Shown piece by piece: positions 1 to 11,198 of a stretch of DNA of 36,847 nucleotides (the first letter of the stretch is position 1; every line of letters starts with the position of its first letter). The stretch is from Asterionella formosa (Eukaryota). The position numbers and the translations under genes are program-made. The notes under the pieces were generated by a model. It made no database searches. It saw only the letters and a program-made list of their open reading frames with translations, and was not told the origin of the DNA. The stretch is from positions 1-36,847 of the forward strand of contig NKIB01015270.1 in the NCBI GenBank assembly GCA_002256025.1, given 5' to 3'.

Positions 1-490
1 CGAAAATTACAACAATCAACCGATAAAGGCTACTGAAGAGGCTACGTGGGTCTGATAAACCGACTAATTCTCCTATCAAACAGGCGATGGGGAGAATACT
101 GAACCTAATGTTGCAATTAGCGCTATCGAAGGGTACCACATAAAAGAAGTAATCACAAAGCAATATCCAACACAACTTGTTGGATGGGAAAACCTCGACA
201 TATTCCAGACAAGGATTACCCACTCAAGGATGACCAAAATGCACGCTGGTCCTACAGGCCGCTAGTACCAGGCGCCTGCATGTCACAAGACAGACCTCGC
301 AGGACTACACCTAACGGTTTCCCCGTTGAGCATATGCCTGAGACACCCTGACGTATACCCAGAATTTACCAAAACTGATTTACAACCATCATCTTCTCGA
401 ATTGCTTTCACGATGTCGTCGCAATGATGCACCTCGACCGCAGCAGTATAGAGAGATAATTCTACTCCAGCAGCTCCACAAACTGCAGAA

Positions 491-1621
491 ATGTCCTCGT
501 CGGTGTTTGGAACGCTAGCTGCTGCTGCTGGTCCGCTAGTGATGATTGTTGGTTTGTACATTTGGGACAAACATTGGACGAGGGGATCAGCGTTTGCATT
601 GAATTTGTTCAAGTGTTGCTTGGCGAGTATTGGATTCCTCCTAGCGAGTTATGCAGCAAGACCGGGGCGATCGTTTCCAAGAGACATATTCACAGCAGAG
701 GCAATCGGGTTCTTGTTCTTATCTTCTACGCTTGGCATACTGATTGGAGACTGGGCATGGTTGGAAGCGCAGCAGAAAATTGGGACATTGCGAGTAGTGC
801 TGGTGGATACAACCAAGCCATTTTTGGCAGCACTGCTTGGATGGATCATTTTGAAAGAGCAGCTACGATGGGAGGCATTTGCGGGCATGGCGCTAACGGT
901 GGGAGGTGTACTCGTGGTCACATTGGAAAGCAACGTCACTAGCGATGAAACTGTTTTGTCATTACAGAATCGAGAGCACACTGAAGGAATAATAGTATCA
1001 AACGAATCAAATTCAATTACTAGCATCGAAGGGCAAGAAACAATAATAGAAGAAGAAGATACGGAGACTGGAATAAAAGCGTTGGACGATGTCTCGTTCG
1101 GAGAAGCACAAGTTCCAGCGACCACCAGTAATGCAACTGCTCGTTACGGTTACTTTATGGCGACTTTGAATGTTGGTCTTGACACATATGGATCCCTATT
1201 GACCAAGGACTATGGTGTTGGCATGAATTCTTGGGAAATTTCTCTCCTGCGCTTTGGCTTTGCGGGTGCAGTCATGTTACTGGTGTCTATTATTATGCAT
1301 ACAAAGGATCACTTGATCATCACTGAAACTCCAAAAGTAATTGACAGTAGTCCTTGGTACTTAATGCCACATCTATCGAGGCGAACCTGGGGATTTGTCA
1401 TTGCCGGAGTTGCATTGGTGACTTTCTTGGCCCCTGCATTGTCCAACTATTCACTGTTCCAAATTCCTCTTGCCTTGGCCATTACATTGGGCAGTATTGG
1501 ACCGTTGTACGCTCTCCCATTGGACTTGATTATCAAAGGAAAGAGACCCACAGTACGGTCCATAGTGGGTAGTGTATTGGCAGTTACAGGAATTATCATT
1601 TTGGCAGTTAGAGGGACCTAA
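491..1621 (+). CDS. EamA/DMT-superfamily (drug/metabolite transporter) membrane protein, 376 aa
   Basis: Single ORF with about 10 hydrophobic helices in two halves separated by an acidic loop. EamA-like motifs are 'LLGWIILKEQL...GMALTVGGVLVV' and 'IIKGKRPTVRSIVGSVLAVTGIIIL'. An in-frame stop at 449 bounds the start. Confidence 0.85.
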   Translation: MSSSVFGTLAAAAGPLVMIVGLYIWDKHWTRGSAFALNLFKCCLASIGFLLASYAARPGRSFPRDIFTAEAIGFLFLSSTLGILIGDWAWLEAQQKIGTLRVVLVDTTKPFLAALLGWIILKEQLRWEAFAGMALTVGGVLVVTLESNVTSDETVLSLQNREHTEGIIVSNESNSITSIEGQETIIEEEDTETGIKALDDVSFGEAQVPATTSNATARYGYFMATLNVGLDTYGSLLTKDYGVGMNSWEISLLRFGFAGAVMLLVSIIMHTKDHLIITETPKVIDSSPWYLMPHLSRRTWGFVIAGVALVTFLAPALSNYSLFQIPLALAITLGSIGPLYALPLDLIIKGKRPTVRSIVGSVLAVTGIIILAVRGT

Positions 1622-4532
1622 ACCGCATGATGAACCAGCTACACCTGAGCCCCTCACTGCTATATCATTTTATTTTCAACATGACTCATCATGCATCAAT
1701 GAATGCCATATCCTTTTGGGCTTACAAAAATCCTGGTCATTTCATCCGGATCTGGCACCTGAGCAATGTAGTCACAATCAAAACTGCCCATTTTTAAACA
1801 AGCAATATAGGAACCAAGATTTGGGGAATTTGGCATTTAAAATAATTTTAGAACTAGATAAGTAGATCCTTGGTGATGGAAGTAGTGATGTTCACTTACG
1901 TGAGCTGCGTCTGTAGCTCATGGAAGGTGATAGCAGTGTGTGCCTGTGTGAACCGAGCCATTGGTTGCAATTACAAAGTTGTTGGGAATGATGCCTTCAA
2001 AAGGAGATGAAGGTTGAGTGGATATGTCGCTCAACTTGCCCAGAATTTGAATTTTATGTTCTACAATGTCTTAGGAAACTGGGGCTTTAGGTAGTCTTTG
2101 TATACTTAAACTTGTAGAACAAAATAATTAAATTAAGATTGCACTTGTTGCACCCAGACAGAACACACCTTCACTGCCTCAATAACGTTGCAAACAAACT
2201 TGATATAGAATGGGCAACGAAGGACCCAAAAATCAAGAAACTGAGGGAGATTAACCGAAAAGACCAAAATTCATCAAACAGCATTATTAAATTGAGGAAT
2301 GCTTTTGACAATATCCAGGCATTCAACGAAATAGACTGTTTAGGCATCACCATACCTATGTAGCATCATTAACTTGAGCATTCTTTTGACGATTTCCACG
2401 CATACAAATCAGTTCTAGATCAATTGTTCCAACATTTGTATACAGTCATACACTAGTGCCAACAGATCAACAAATTAGTACAAGAAGGGTTCACAGCAAG
2501 AAGAAATGAAAGTAGCGAGATTCACCACATTGAAGGAAATCTATCAACTAGCATTACGAAATTAAGGAATGTTTTTGATGATTTCCAACAACACATCTAA
2601 ATCAGATTCAGATAAACAATTCATGCACAATATTATATCAAAATTCACGCAGAAAAGCACGAGAGAACTCAGCAACAGTGAGAGCCTAGAAATAAGGGAA
2701 CCACAACTACAGGGTAAACAAAAACAGTCGGCTATTTTGCCGCCAACTTGATAGTAAAGTGGACAACAAGCTACTACAATTTTTAGAGAGTCCCACACAA
2801 AGGAATCAACAAGAAGGAATATCCACCACCCCACCTTCTACAGGCCAGTGAGCAGGAGTGCAATTATGGTAAATTTAGAAATAGTCCAGTAAATATTCGC
2901 TTTAAAAAAGATAAACATAAGGTTGTATATTTAGCATTATCTTGCTTCTTATACCAGTAGTTTGTTTGAAATGACTGCATTCTAACACTTACCAGTGAAG
3001 TATACATGGTGACATGAAAAAAGGACTCCGAGAGGAGGATAAGAACTGATCAATGGTACAAAAAAATTACATGCTCAAAAGCAATTTCACCCCCCTACAT
3101 ATTTCATTTTAATATAACCTTAAATTCCCAACCCTCTGACAATAAATTACCAAAGGAACTTGGTTACTTACTATGCCTAACACACAGTTCCCCCCAAATT
3201 TCAAGTCTTTTTTGCATTGTAAAAAGCCCAAGTTCCTTTCTGCTCTTTCTTACCAGATCCTATATCCTGATGTTATATATAGTTGACCTCTACCCATCCT
3301 TTGACCAATTACAATATCTAAGTGTTCATACATGGAAAGGATATCAAATGGTGAAACTCTATGTATGGCAATAAATATTATTGTAACGTCGAAAATTTTG
3401 TTTGGTTAGTGCATAGTAGGAATTGCCAGTACCGGTACTCAGAATCAATGTTAGTTTTTACCCCTAGCTCGAGCTAGGGTTTCACCTTTACTGCGAGGCC
3501 GCAACGTTGCTTCTTGTTAGTAAAAATATTTGATTTGCAAGCGAAAGCTATTGGATGTACGAACTATTGACAAAATAGGACAATGCTACGGTACTTGGTT
3601 CTCCGCGAGTTGGTCCATGACGATTCAGAATTCAGCGAGGTCGCGAAGGCATATGTCATCGGCTTATTAAATAATCGCAAATGTTTTACCTACAGGTATT
3701 AGATTGTTCAAATTGAGTTACCTGATAGGTACCAGCTTTCCGATGCATGTGGCAATAATTGCCCGGTACCAGGTAACAGGTACCAGGTACCTGTACGTTG
3801 TATATCATACCTGGTAACAAGTCAGAAATAGAATACGGAGTACTATGGGAGCTACCAGGTACCACCATGTGTGGAGAACAGTTCTTCGGAGGATGTACTG
3901 GGGAAGAGGAGCTGGCATTGTGTACCAGTACATGATGTCTTTAGGTACCTGGTACCAGGTACCTACCGGTACCCCTGGAACTTTTTGCGCCTACTTTGGG
4001 ACCAGCAACCACAACAAGAAGCTACCAGGTAACTAGTAACAGGTATCGTAGCTGCTACAACATCAATTATCACCGTTGCTAGTAGGTCACATTGTAACCA
4101 TACGTAAAAACATTGTCGCATCTACGTCATCAAGAATAGTGCCGGTAAACCCTACGTATGTAAAAGTAGATGCATACATGATTACATACAGTTATGACTG
4201 CAAAAATATTACATATGCCCTTTACAAAAGCCAAACGGGGTTTCGAAAAATGAACAAATAAATGATAACTCACTTTTTTGTCTGTTCTACACATAGCTAA
4301 AGATCAACATATAAAAGCCAGCATTAATTAAGGGTTATTGACTCCTTTAGGAAGGAAAGCAAGGAGTCATCAAACCGTACTACTCACATCATTTCCAAGG
4401 CTCGCTTCTCCCTTTCAACTTTATTGTCGACGCTGAATTCGCGACATTGTGAAAGTAACGAGGGACGACTCTTGGCTGGCTCGATACTAAAGGTCCAGCA
4501 ATTCAAACGAGCCATTATTCTGATCCACGGAA

Positions 4533-5243
4533 ATGGTCAAAAGGAAGGAGCGCGTGCAACTCCCTTTGCTGGGGGAATCGATAGAGTTTGGCAATGATGT
4601 TCTCAGAATGCATCCGCAGTCGACAAGTCCACGAGTAATTACTCCACCTCCTCCAACACTGTCACAGGATCCTATTGTTGATGAATGGCAGGAAAACTTA
4701 CAGACGAACCAACTTGGTGTCACCACGATGGTAGATCTCACGCCTCTAGTTTACAAAAATTCAACAGAGGGAAGTTCCACTGATCAAATTCATTTATTTC
4801 CATCCGATGACAAGAGCCCTCACTTAGCTACGAAAAGGACGCGAGTGGCTGGAAACTGGGATCCTTCGAGCATTGAGTTAGTCGATTCTGAAGTTGATCT
4901 CAGATATGCCACAATCAATGAGATGCTGCTGTTTTCTCACATGGTAATGAAGTCTTCTACAACTGATTCTGCAAGCATCTGCTGTCGCCATTGCAATGGC
5001 GATGCAGTTTTTCAGTGCAGCTCTCCTGCCTCTGTCTCCAATCATGTACCCAACATTGCATGTCACTTATTGACTTGTGAAGCGAGCTCCCTTTGGCTTA
5101 AACAGCAAATTTGGAACAACCGAAAGCATGTGAATGGATGCAATGTTGCATATTCTGTTCTTCTATGGAAGCGAATGCAGGAACATTGCATTTATGAAAT
5201 ACTTCAAAGCCAAAATGGTTGTTTTGCTAAAAAGGAACACTAG
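4533..5243 (+). CDS. Hypothetical protein with a diatom-type CxxC (CRHC)...HL-x2-C...W-x-R putative zinc-binding domain, 236 aa
   Basis: Long ORF whose C-terminal 'SICCRHC...NIACHLLTC...LLWKRM' resembles a Cys/His domain I recall as expanded in diatoms. A TA-footprint-rich region lies upstream, as for other genes here. Confidence 0.6.
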   Translation: MVKRKERVQLPLLGESIEFGNDVLRMHPQSTSPRVITPPPPTLSQDPIVDEWQENLQTNQLGVTTMVDLTPLVYKNSTEGSSTDQIHLFPSDDKSPHLATKRTRVAGNWDPSSIELVDSEVDLRYATINEMLLFSHMVMKSSTTDSASICCRHCNGDAVFQCSSPASVSNHVPNIACHLLTCEASSLWLKQQIWNNRKHVNGCNVAYSVLLWKRMQEHCIYEILQSQNGCFAKKEH

Positions 5244-6022
5244 GGATATTCATTGTGCGATTTATATGTTTAATATTTAATACTATAGTCACTGGCAAAA
5301 AATGACCTCACAGTACATAGGTGCTTTTAGTAAAGTGGAGATAGGTTGACAGCAACGAAGATTCATTCTGCCCTTGAAAATATGATCTGTTAGTTGATGG
5401 CTGCCATGGAGTAACAGAGAGAAATTATTGAAGCGAATAAAATGTTGGAGGGTAGGGACTGAGGTAGGGGTTGGAGACTGGTGATAAAAGCATTTGGCGG
5501 ACTTGCTAGATACTTGGAGTATGGTGGCAAAACAGTGGTGGAAGAAATTTGTAGTAAGAAAGGACTGGACAGTGGTGGTGACTTGATCAGACAAGTAATG
5601 GCCGGTATGATTTGTGGGAGGGGGATACTAAAGCAGAACCATGTCAAGGTGAAGGAAGAGTCGGCTGGACAGTTGGGAGGGTCTGGCGAGTCTGGAGAGC
5701 GACCTGGAGGGGAGGGGTAGACTCCGGTGGGAGTGGCGGTGGTGCGCTTGGATACTGGAGCAGCAGCTCACAGCGGTGTCTGTAGCTAGACATACTAGTA
5801 GTCTACTTGGAATAAGCGAAATAATATTTTCGGAGAGAATCCGGATTTGAGAAAAGATCAACTTTATAAATTATGATGTAAAATTTGTAGTACGCTATTG
5901 TTAAAGAACTCGACAATTGTGGAGGTTGTGAAGTCACATTTGGCCCCCCAGAGGGCCTTAGACCTGCTTGTTGTCTGCCTCACCACCCAGAACCCAAGGG
6001 AGGACTACAAAAACAAAGAAGG

Positions 6023-6094
6023 TGGAGAATGCGGGAATCGACGAACCCGCCACCTCGGAAGGTGAGCTAACCAACTACCGGTAAGCTATTCCCC
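6023..6094 (-). pseudogene. Degenerate tRNA-Ala-like element (tRNA pseudogene or tRNA-derived SINE head)
   Basis: Minus strand reads GGGGAAT-AGCTT[ACCGGT]AGTTGGTTAG-CTCACCTTCC-GAGGTG-GCGGG-TTCG[TCG]ATT-CCCGC-ATTCTCC-A. It has a 7-bp acceptor stem with the G3:U70 alanine determinant, discriminator A and a 5-bp T stem. The anticodon arm is collapsed, and a T5 run follows about 10 nt downstream. Confidence 0.7.
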
Positions 6095-6417
6095 ACATCT
6101 ACTTATAATATAATACATGTTATTTGCAACTGTAAAAAATGTGCGTTGTTTGTGGAACACTAACTCAAATTTTGGGGCAATGGGTACGACGATTTGTGTT
6201 GTACCGTAGTACCGGGCACACTTGATAAAATAATTTTTTAATCATGTCAGAGCGCGCCCACTTTCGTGACTGCCTACCGGTAGTCCCTAGTGAGTCACCT
6301 GGTACTGTATGTATGACAAATTTATTATTATTTTATTTGTAAATGCTGCCTCGACGGAGCATAATCATTCATTCATCAATAATTGGTTTGCCCACACTTG
6401 ACTCACCAGTATCGACC

Positions 6418-7617
6418 ATGGCGAGAACGCAACATCCTCCTCCTCTCGATGATCCCTCCACGACTGATCCTCTTGAATGCCCCCCTCTAAGATGGGGTCT
6501 TTTAGGCTGCGGCCGTGTGTCCCATGATTTTTGCCAAGCACTCAAGCATTTGCCATCGGCATCAGTGGTGGCCTGCGCCGCCCGGTCCATTGATTCTTCC
6601 AAATCCTTTGCCGCCACACATTCCATCAATAGGGCGTATGGGTCTTATGATGAGCTACTAAAAGATGACGATGTTGACATTGTATACGTGGGGAACATTC
6701 ACGCCTTTCGGCGTTCCATTGGGGAAAAGTGTTTGATGGCCAATAAACACACACTACTAGAAAAACCCTTTACGTGCAACGCACAAGATGCCGAATATCT
6801 AATTCAACTCGCCAAAGAGCGAAACTTATTTTTGATGGAAGGAATGTGGACACGCTTCTTTCCTGCCGTCGAACAAGCCCGCCGACTGGTCTTTGGTAAA
6901 CACGCCGTACTGGGCGAAGTCGTCAACGTAGTGTCTGATTTCAATTTCAATGCAGCTGACTCCGAAGCGTACCCATCGTCCTTTGTGTACAACCATGCAC
7001 TCGGAGGTGGCGCAAGTCTGCTGGTTGCACCTTACCCATTGGCTGCCTCTACGTTGTTTTTCGGAGGACGACTGCCGGAAAGTATCATGGCAGTCGGTCA
7101 ATTGGACGAAGTTACTGGAGTGGATTTGCAAGCGGCAATGATTTTGAATTTCGCTCCAACCTCCAACCTTGCGCCAGCATTGGATGAATCTTGCCCCAAT
7201 GAAAGCACACCCAAACTACCTGGCGCAGGTGTTGCTGCTTGCACAGTGGGAATGCTCTCAGAATCTGCCGAGGAAACGACTGTGGTTGGAACCAAAGGTC
7301 GCTTGACAATCCACACCCCAGGACACTGCCCTACTAAGTTATCTGTCACTATTAAGGCACAAGGAAGAGGTCAGGCAGCTCAATCCATGGAATTTGAGTT
7401 TGATATTCCTGCAGATACTCCAGAAATTCAAGCAGCTGGTGGTTTCTTTTATCCAAATAGTGCTGGGTTTGCATACGAAGCCGCGGCTGTGGCAAGGTGT
7501 ATTGCAGCCGGCAAAACAGAGGCTCCTCAATATACGCTTGATGAAACTCTGGTAAATATGAAGCTCATCGATGAGCTTCGACGTCAAATTGGAGTCAAAC
7601 CAATTGGTGGTGAGTAG
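6418..7617 (+). CDS. Gfo/Idh/MocA-family NAD(P)-dependent oxidoreductase (dihydrodiol/D-xylose dehydrogenase-like)
   Basis: Rossmann start 'LRWGLLGCGRVS', plus 'YGSYDELLKDDDVDIVYVG', 'HTLLEKP', 'FLMEGMWTRFFP' and 'LGGG'. ATG 6418 (ACCATGG context) is preferred over the upstream in-frame ATG 6343. Confidence 0.9.
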   Translation: MARTQHPPPLDDPSTTDPLECPPLRWGLLGCGRVSHDFCQALKHLPSASVVACAARSIDSSKSFAATHSINRAYGSYDELLKDDDVDIVYVGNIHAFRRSIGEKCLMANKHTLLEKPFTCNAQDAEYLIQLAKERNLFLMEGMWTRFFPAVEQARRLVFGKHAVLGEVVNVVSDFNFNAADSEAYPSSFVYNHALGGGASLLVAPYPLAASTLFFGGRLPESIMAVGQLDEVTGVDLQAAMILNFAPTSNLAPALDESCPNESTPKLPGAGVAACTVGMLSESAEETTVVGTKGRLTIHTPGHCPTKLSVTIKAQGRGQAAQSMEFEFDIPADTPEIQAAGGFFYPNSAGFAYEAAAVARCIAAGKTEAPQYTLDETLVNMKLIDELRRQIGVKPIGGE

Positions 7618-8126
7618 CACGAACCTATGGCCACAGGAAGGTCAGAGGAATGGTGCTACTTGATAGAATTACTACAAGGTCGTCTAGCAATCAACAGTTG
7701 AGAGTAGAGCTAATTCAACTGTAAGAATGCTCGCGTATTGGCTCTGTAGTAAAGTCGTTGAACTTATTTCTGTGTTGTGCAGTACTGCTTTGAAAAAACA
7801 TGGCGCCCAATGGGCTGTCGTGTAGTACCAGGTAGCACGGCGAATATATAACGGTATACTTAATACGTATCATTATGTAGCAAAGGGCGCGCCAAAAAAT
7901 TTCCACCGTCCTTTTCTCTTCGGCCAATCGGCTTCATGTATACTATATATCGTGGCACCTCCAAACATATCACACCCGGTGCCCGTACCAGGTACCGGTA
8001 CCGGTACTGGAAGTGGAGAGAGTAATACAGGAACCTGATGGTACCTGGTAAATTTATCTTTCGGATGCTTCGCTCACTTCTTCGAACAATCGCGTTCGGT
8101 TACCATCCACAAATAATACCATTGCT

Positions 8127-11100
8127 ATGCCTATTGCGAATCCATACTCGAAACCATCCAATCCCTACACCAAAGTTGGACCCGGTCAGAGTAAGGAAAT
8201 TGTTATCACCCCATTGGGGAATGGCAACGCCAGCGCCAGAAATGTTGAATGTTCAGTTCCTATTGTGAGCATCCCGTCAAAGACTCCTGCTGCATCTACC
8301 AAGCTGGCCAAAGACTTTCCCAGCAAAGCATCCAAGAAGATTCCATGCTTCAAGGAACAACTCAAAATACAAATTCAGCGACTCAAGCAAAAAAAGAAGT
8401 TGGAAAAGGAGCGAAAAGAGCACGCGATTGTCGTAGAAAGGCAAAAACGTGAACAAGCGGAACAATCGAGGTTGCAACTCGTGAAACAGCAGCACCAAAA
8501 ACGAGTGAAGCATCACAGCAATCAGACCGAAAAGATCCCTCGAGAAACGCTAATTGCAGTGACCACAGCCAAGGTTCCACAGCCTACCATCAGGCCTCAA
8601 CATCAAGTGACGCCACCTCAAACGTGTCGTGAACATGGCAACTCGAAACCAACTGATTCTTTGGTTGCGCCCTTATGTCTCTCTCAACAACCATCGGTCC
8701 ACTATGTCGATCAAGTGACACCATCCAATTCTTTTAGGGAACCATCTCACGGCAACGCGACGCCGATGGCTCCATCATTACAACAGAATAATTATACTTT
8801 GCAGCCATCGTTGATCCAGCAAACTTCGTGTCAAGTGACTCCATCTGCTTCGTATCGTGAAACCTCTCAGGGCAACTCGGTTCCAATCGGTTCGTCGACT
8901 ACACCATTATTGCTCGTTTCATCATCATTTCCGCCCCATCATAACGTTTCGCAGCAATGTTTGATCCGGAAATCTCTGTTTCATGCAGCCGATAAAGACA
9001 CTGTTAAACTAACTCTTGGACATCCTCATGTTATTCCTCCTCTATGGAACTGCTATCAGCATCCCTTCTATCCAAACTACCAGACACACCCAACATATCC
9101 AGTCAACCAGCACCACCCTTACTACAGCTATCGGCCTCACCCGATGCTACCTCAGAAACCTCTGGGTTTGCTTTCCAATGACCTCTTGAAATCCCCTTCT
9201 CCCTATTCCCGTACCCACACTCTACTCCCTATTGTTATCGAGAAACCCTTGGACGGTGTGTTTGGCATTTCCCTTCGAGTCGACACAACCTCGGTCTTGG
9301 TCGAACCAGAATTGACCGATCGTGACATGATTATAAATGTATTGCATGACATGGTGAACAACATTTCCACACGAAATAATCAAAACATCACAACCCGTCG
9401 ACGCAAACGACGTCGCCGAATGGCATTTCGTGCCATGTGTGTGGCCAAGGCAAATGGTACTCTGAAAGTTGGGGATATCATTATTTCGATTCATGGAAGC
9501 TTGACCAGTGGGCGCTCCTTCGACGAAGCGTGCAAGTTGTTTGGAGGAGGTACGGCAACGGAAGGTGGCATGATCCAATGTGAGCTTCTCGTTGGACGAC
9601 GAAAACAAGTCGTCATGCCAGTGGCACCATTAGTCAAGGCACCGACACCAGTCCTTCCCACCAAGATTCCATTCGTTTGCAGTGAAACAACAAACCAAAC
9701 ACTTCGAGGAGATTTCAGTGCTAATGAACTAATTGATCTATTTAATGGAGTTGTCAAATTGTTGACAGACAAGACACGAATTCTGGGATACAAGGCACTT
9801 GACGTTGTCGAGAAGGCTGTCTTGTGCCTTCCCCTTCGAGAGTTCTCCGATGTGAAAAAGAAATTAGCTCAAATGAATCGAGAGCTAGAACTGACCTTGA
9901 TTTCAGAAGCGAAACAGCATTGGAATGGAGCACCTTGGACGGACTCACAGCGAGCCACACTTCGTGCCCTTCCTCGACCTATCCTAGGATGTCGGTGTGG
10001 AAGCAAGGATCACACACATGTGAACAACCCCATGTGTGGCTTATACAGCAACCTTCATCCAGTTCCGTCCTTTGCACCACCACGGCAGCCACTTGAAACA
10101 TCGCTGAAAGACTTGAGTGCCCTCGAGACGGCCTACAAGGACCGGTTCATTAAGTTAAAGGAAGAACAAGAGAGGGACCAAGATGAAGCCCGATTTGTGG
10201 CCGAAATGGAACATATACAGGTTTCTACGGTGGGTAAGGCTATCTTTGTTCCATCATTTACTGCAATGATCTTGTCATCAATAGCTACTGTATCAGATGA
10301 CTTTGAATCCCAGGCAGCGGCAGCTATCAAGAAGAGAATATTGCATGCCAAGGAGCAAATACGCCCTCCAGCTGCAGGTGTAGAAAGTGATGATGATGTT
10401 CTCCTAACGTCACTGGGTAAACGAGGAACGGCTCCTACCAATGATTGCGAATCTAAGAAGGTGAACGCAAATGAATTTCCTCTACTGGATGTGGGATTCA
10501 ATATCCTCTTTCTGGCGAAGCTCTTGGTGCACATCAGTAAGACCTGGGGCCATCTATATCGCGAGCCAGTACACAAGGACTATGCATGGAGATGGGAATT
10601 ATTCCATGGTTCCAATTCTGAGCATGGAACCAATCCAGGAGGAAAGAATCCACGACGACCACGATCTGCAAGTTTGGAGAATGTTCAATTTGGATTTAAA
10701 GAGGTTCAAATGTCACGTCTGGAGGAATGGGCATTTGGGACAAGGGAACAAAGATCTGACCCTAAGGAAACCGAAAGCGAAATGAAGCAAGCAGCCCAAG
10801 ATGGTCTTGCTATTGCATATCTAGTTTCCCCAGAGAGATCTGGTCTCCTAGATGAACTCCTTGTGCTACTTCGAAGCAGGATAATTCGAAAAACAAGGAA
10901 TGGTGGTGCTGTCTTTCGACGAGACTGGGCATCTCAGGTCGATCTATTGTTGCTCAATGACATGTATGCTCACTGGTCTCTCGATGCTGACCCCGAGAAC
11001 AAGCATTGCATGCATAACAAGGTCCGATATAATCTTGCTAGCTACTGGATACGAATTGATGGCGCCTGGGCATTATCAGAAGATATGAGTGAGATCATCT

Positions 11101-11198
11101 ACATTGACGAGGAGTTCGATGAATGGCGGCAAACCTTTGAATCTAAGGCTGACATGAAGTCGAATGAAGAGGAAGGAATAGGTAGGTTTGGCATATAG
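8127..11198 (+). CDS. Hypothetical 1023-aa protein with a coiled coil, Q/P/S-rich repeats, an interrupted PDZ-like domain and a CxC-x4-H-x7-C motif
   Basis: 3-kb uninterrupted ORF. PDZ-like segments are 'IEKPLDGVFGISL' and 'AKANGTLKVGDIIISIHG...SFDEACKLF'. The Cys/His cluster is 'GCRCGSKDHTHVNNPMC'. Confidence 0.75.
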   Translation: MPIANPYSKPSNPYTKVGPGQSKEIVITPLGNGNASARNVECSVPIVSIPSKTPAASTKLAKDFPSKASKKIPCFKEQLKIQIQRLKQKKKLEKERKEHAIVVERQKREQAEQSRLQLVKQQHQKRVKHHSNQTEKIPRETLIAVTTAKVPQPTIRPQHQVTPPQTCREHGNSKPTDSLVAPLCLSQQPSVHYVDQVTPSNSFREPSHGNATPMAPSLQQNNYTLQPSLIQQTSCQVTPSASYRETSQGNSVPIGSSTTPLLLVSSSFPPHHNVSQQCLIRKSLFHAADKDTVKLTLGHPHVIPPLWNCYQHPFYPNYQTHPTYPVNQHHPYYSYRPHPMLPQKPLGLLSNDLLKSPSPYSRTHTLLPIVIEKPLDGVFGISLRVDTTSVLVEPELTDRDMIINVLHDMVNNISTRNNQNITTRRRKRRRRMAFRAMCVAKANGTLKVGDIIISIHGSLTSGRSFDEACKLFGGGTATEGGMIQCELLVGRRKQVVMPVAPLVKAPTPVLPTKIPFVCSETTNQTLRGDFSANELIDLFNGVVKLLTDKTRILGYKALDVVEKAVLCLPLREFSDVKKKLAQMNRELELTLISEAKQHWNGAPWTDSQRATLRALPRPILGCRCGSKDHTHVNNPMCGLYSNLHPVPSFAPPRQPLETSLKDLSALETAYKDRFIKLKEEQERDQDEARFVAEMEHIQVSTVGKAIFVPSFTAMILSSIATVSDDFESQAAAAIKKRILHAKEQIRPPAAGVESDDDVLLTSLGKRGTAPTNDCESKKVNANEFPLLDVGFNILFLAKLLVHISKTWGHLYREPVHKDYAWRWELFHGSNSEHGTNPGGKNPRRPRSASLENVQFGFKEVQMSRLEEWAFGTREQRSDPKETESEMKQAAQDGLAIAYLVSPERSGLLDELLVLLRSRIIRKTRNGGAVFRRDWASQVDLLLLNDMYAHWSLDADPENKHCMHNKVRYNLASYWIRIDGAWALSEDMSEIIYIDEEFDEWRQTFESKADMKSNEEEGIGRFGI

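Noticed and set aside
1630..3400. AT-rich, CG-poor block with short ORFs (2139-2363, 2569-2751) suggestive of transposon remnants
   Set aside because: I could not identify RT, integrase or transposase motifs, TIRs, TSDs or a second copy in the window.
3686..4036. Short ORFs rich in VPGT/YQVP (also at ~8038, ~11235, ~16089-16549, ~24071-24698, ~27678)
   Set aside because: They are translations of the TACCGGTA/TACCAGGTA motif clusters, not genes.
4339..4369. Hairpin TGACTCCTT-N13-AAGGAGTCA
   Set aside because: A 9-bp stem can occur by chance, and there is no Helitron CTRR end or terminator context.
5289..5861. Overlapping short ORFs in a purine-skewed region
   Set aside because: No consistent frame or family motif. 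It may be a decayed element, but I cannot support a call.
6343..6417. N-terminal extension of the oxidoreductase from ATG 6343
   Set aside because: It reads like 5'UTR next to an AT-rich tract, and ATG 6418 has the better context. It cannot be fully excluded.
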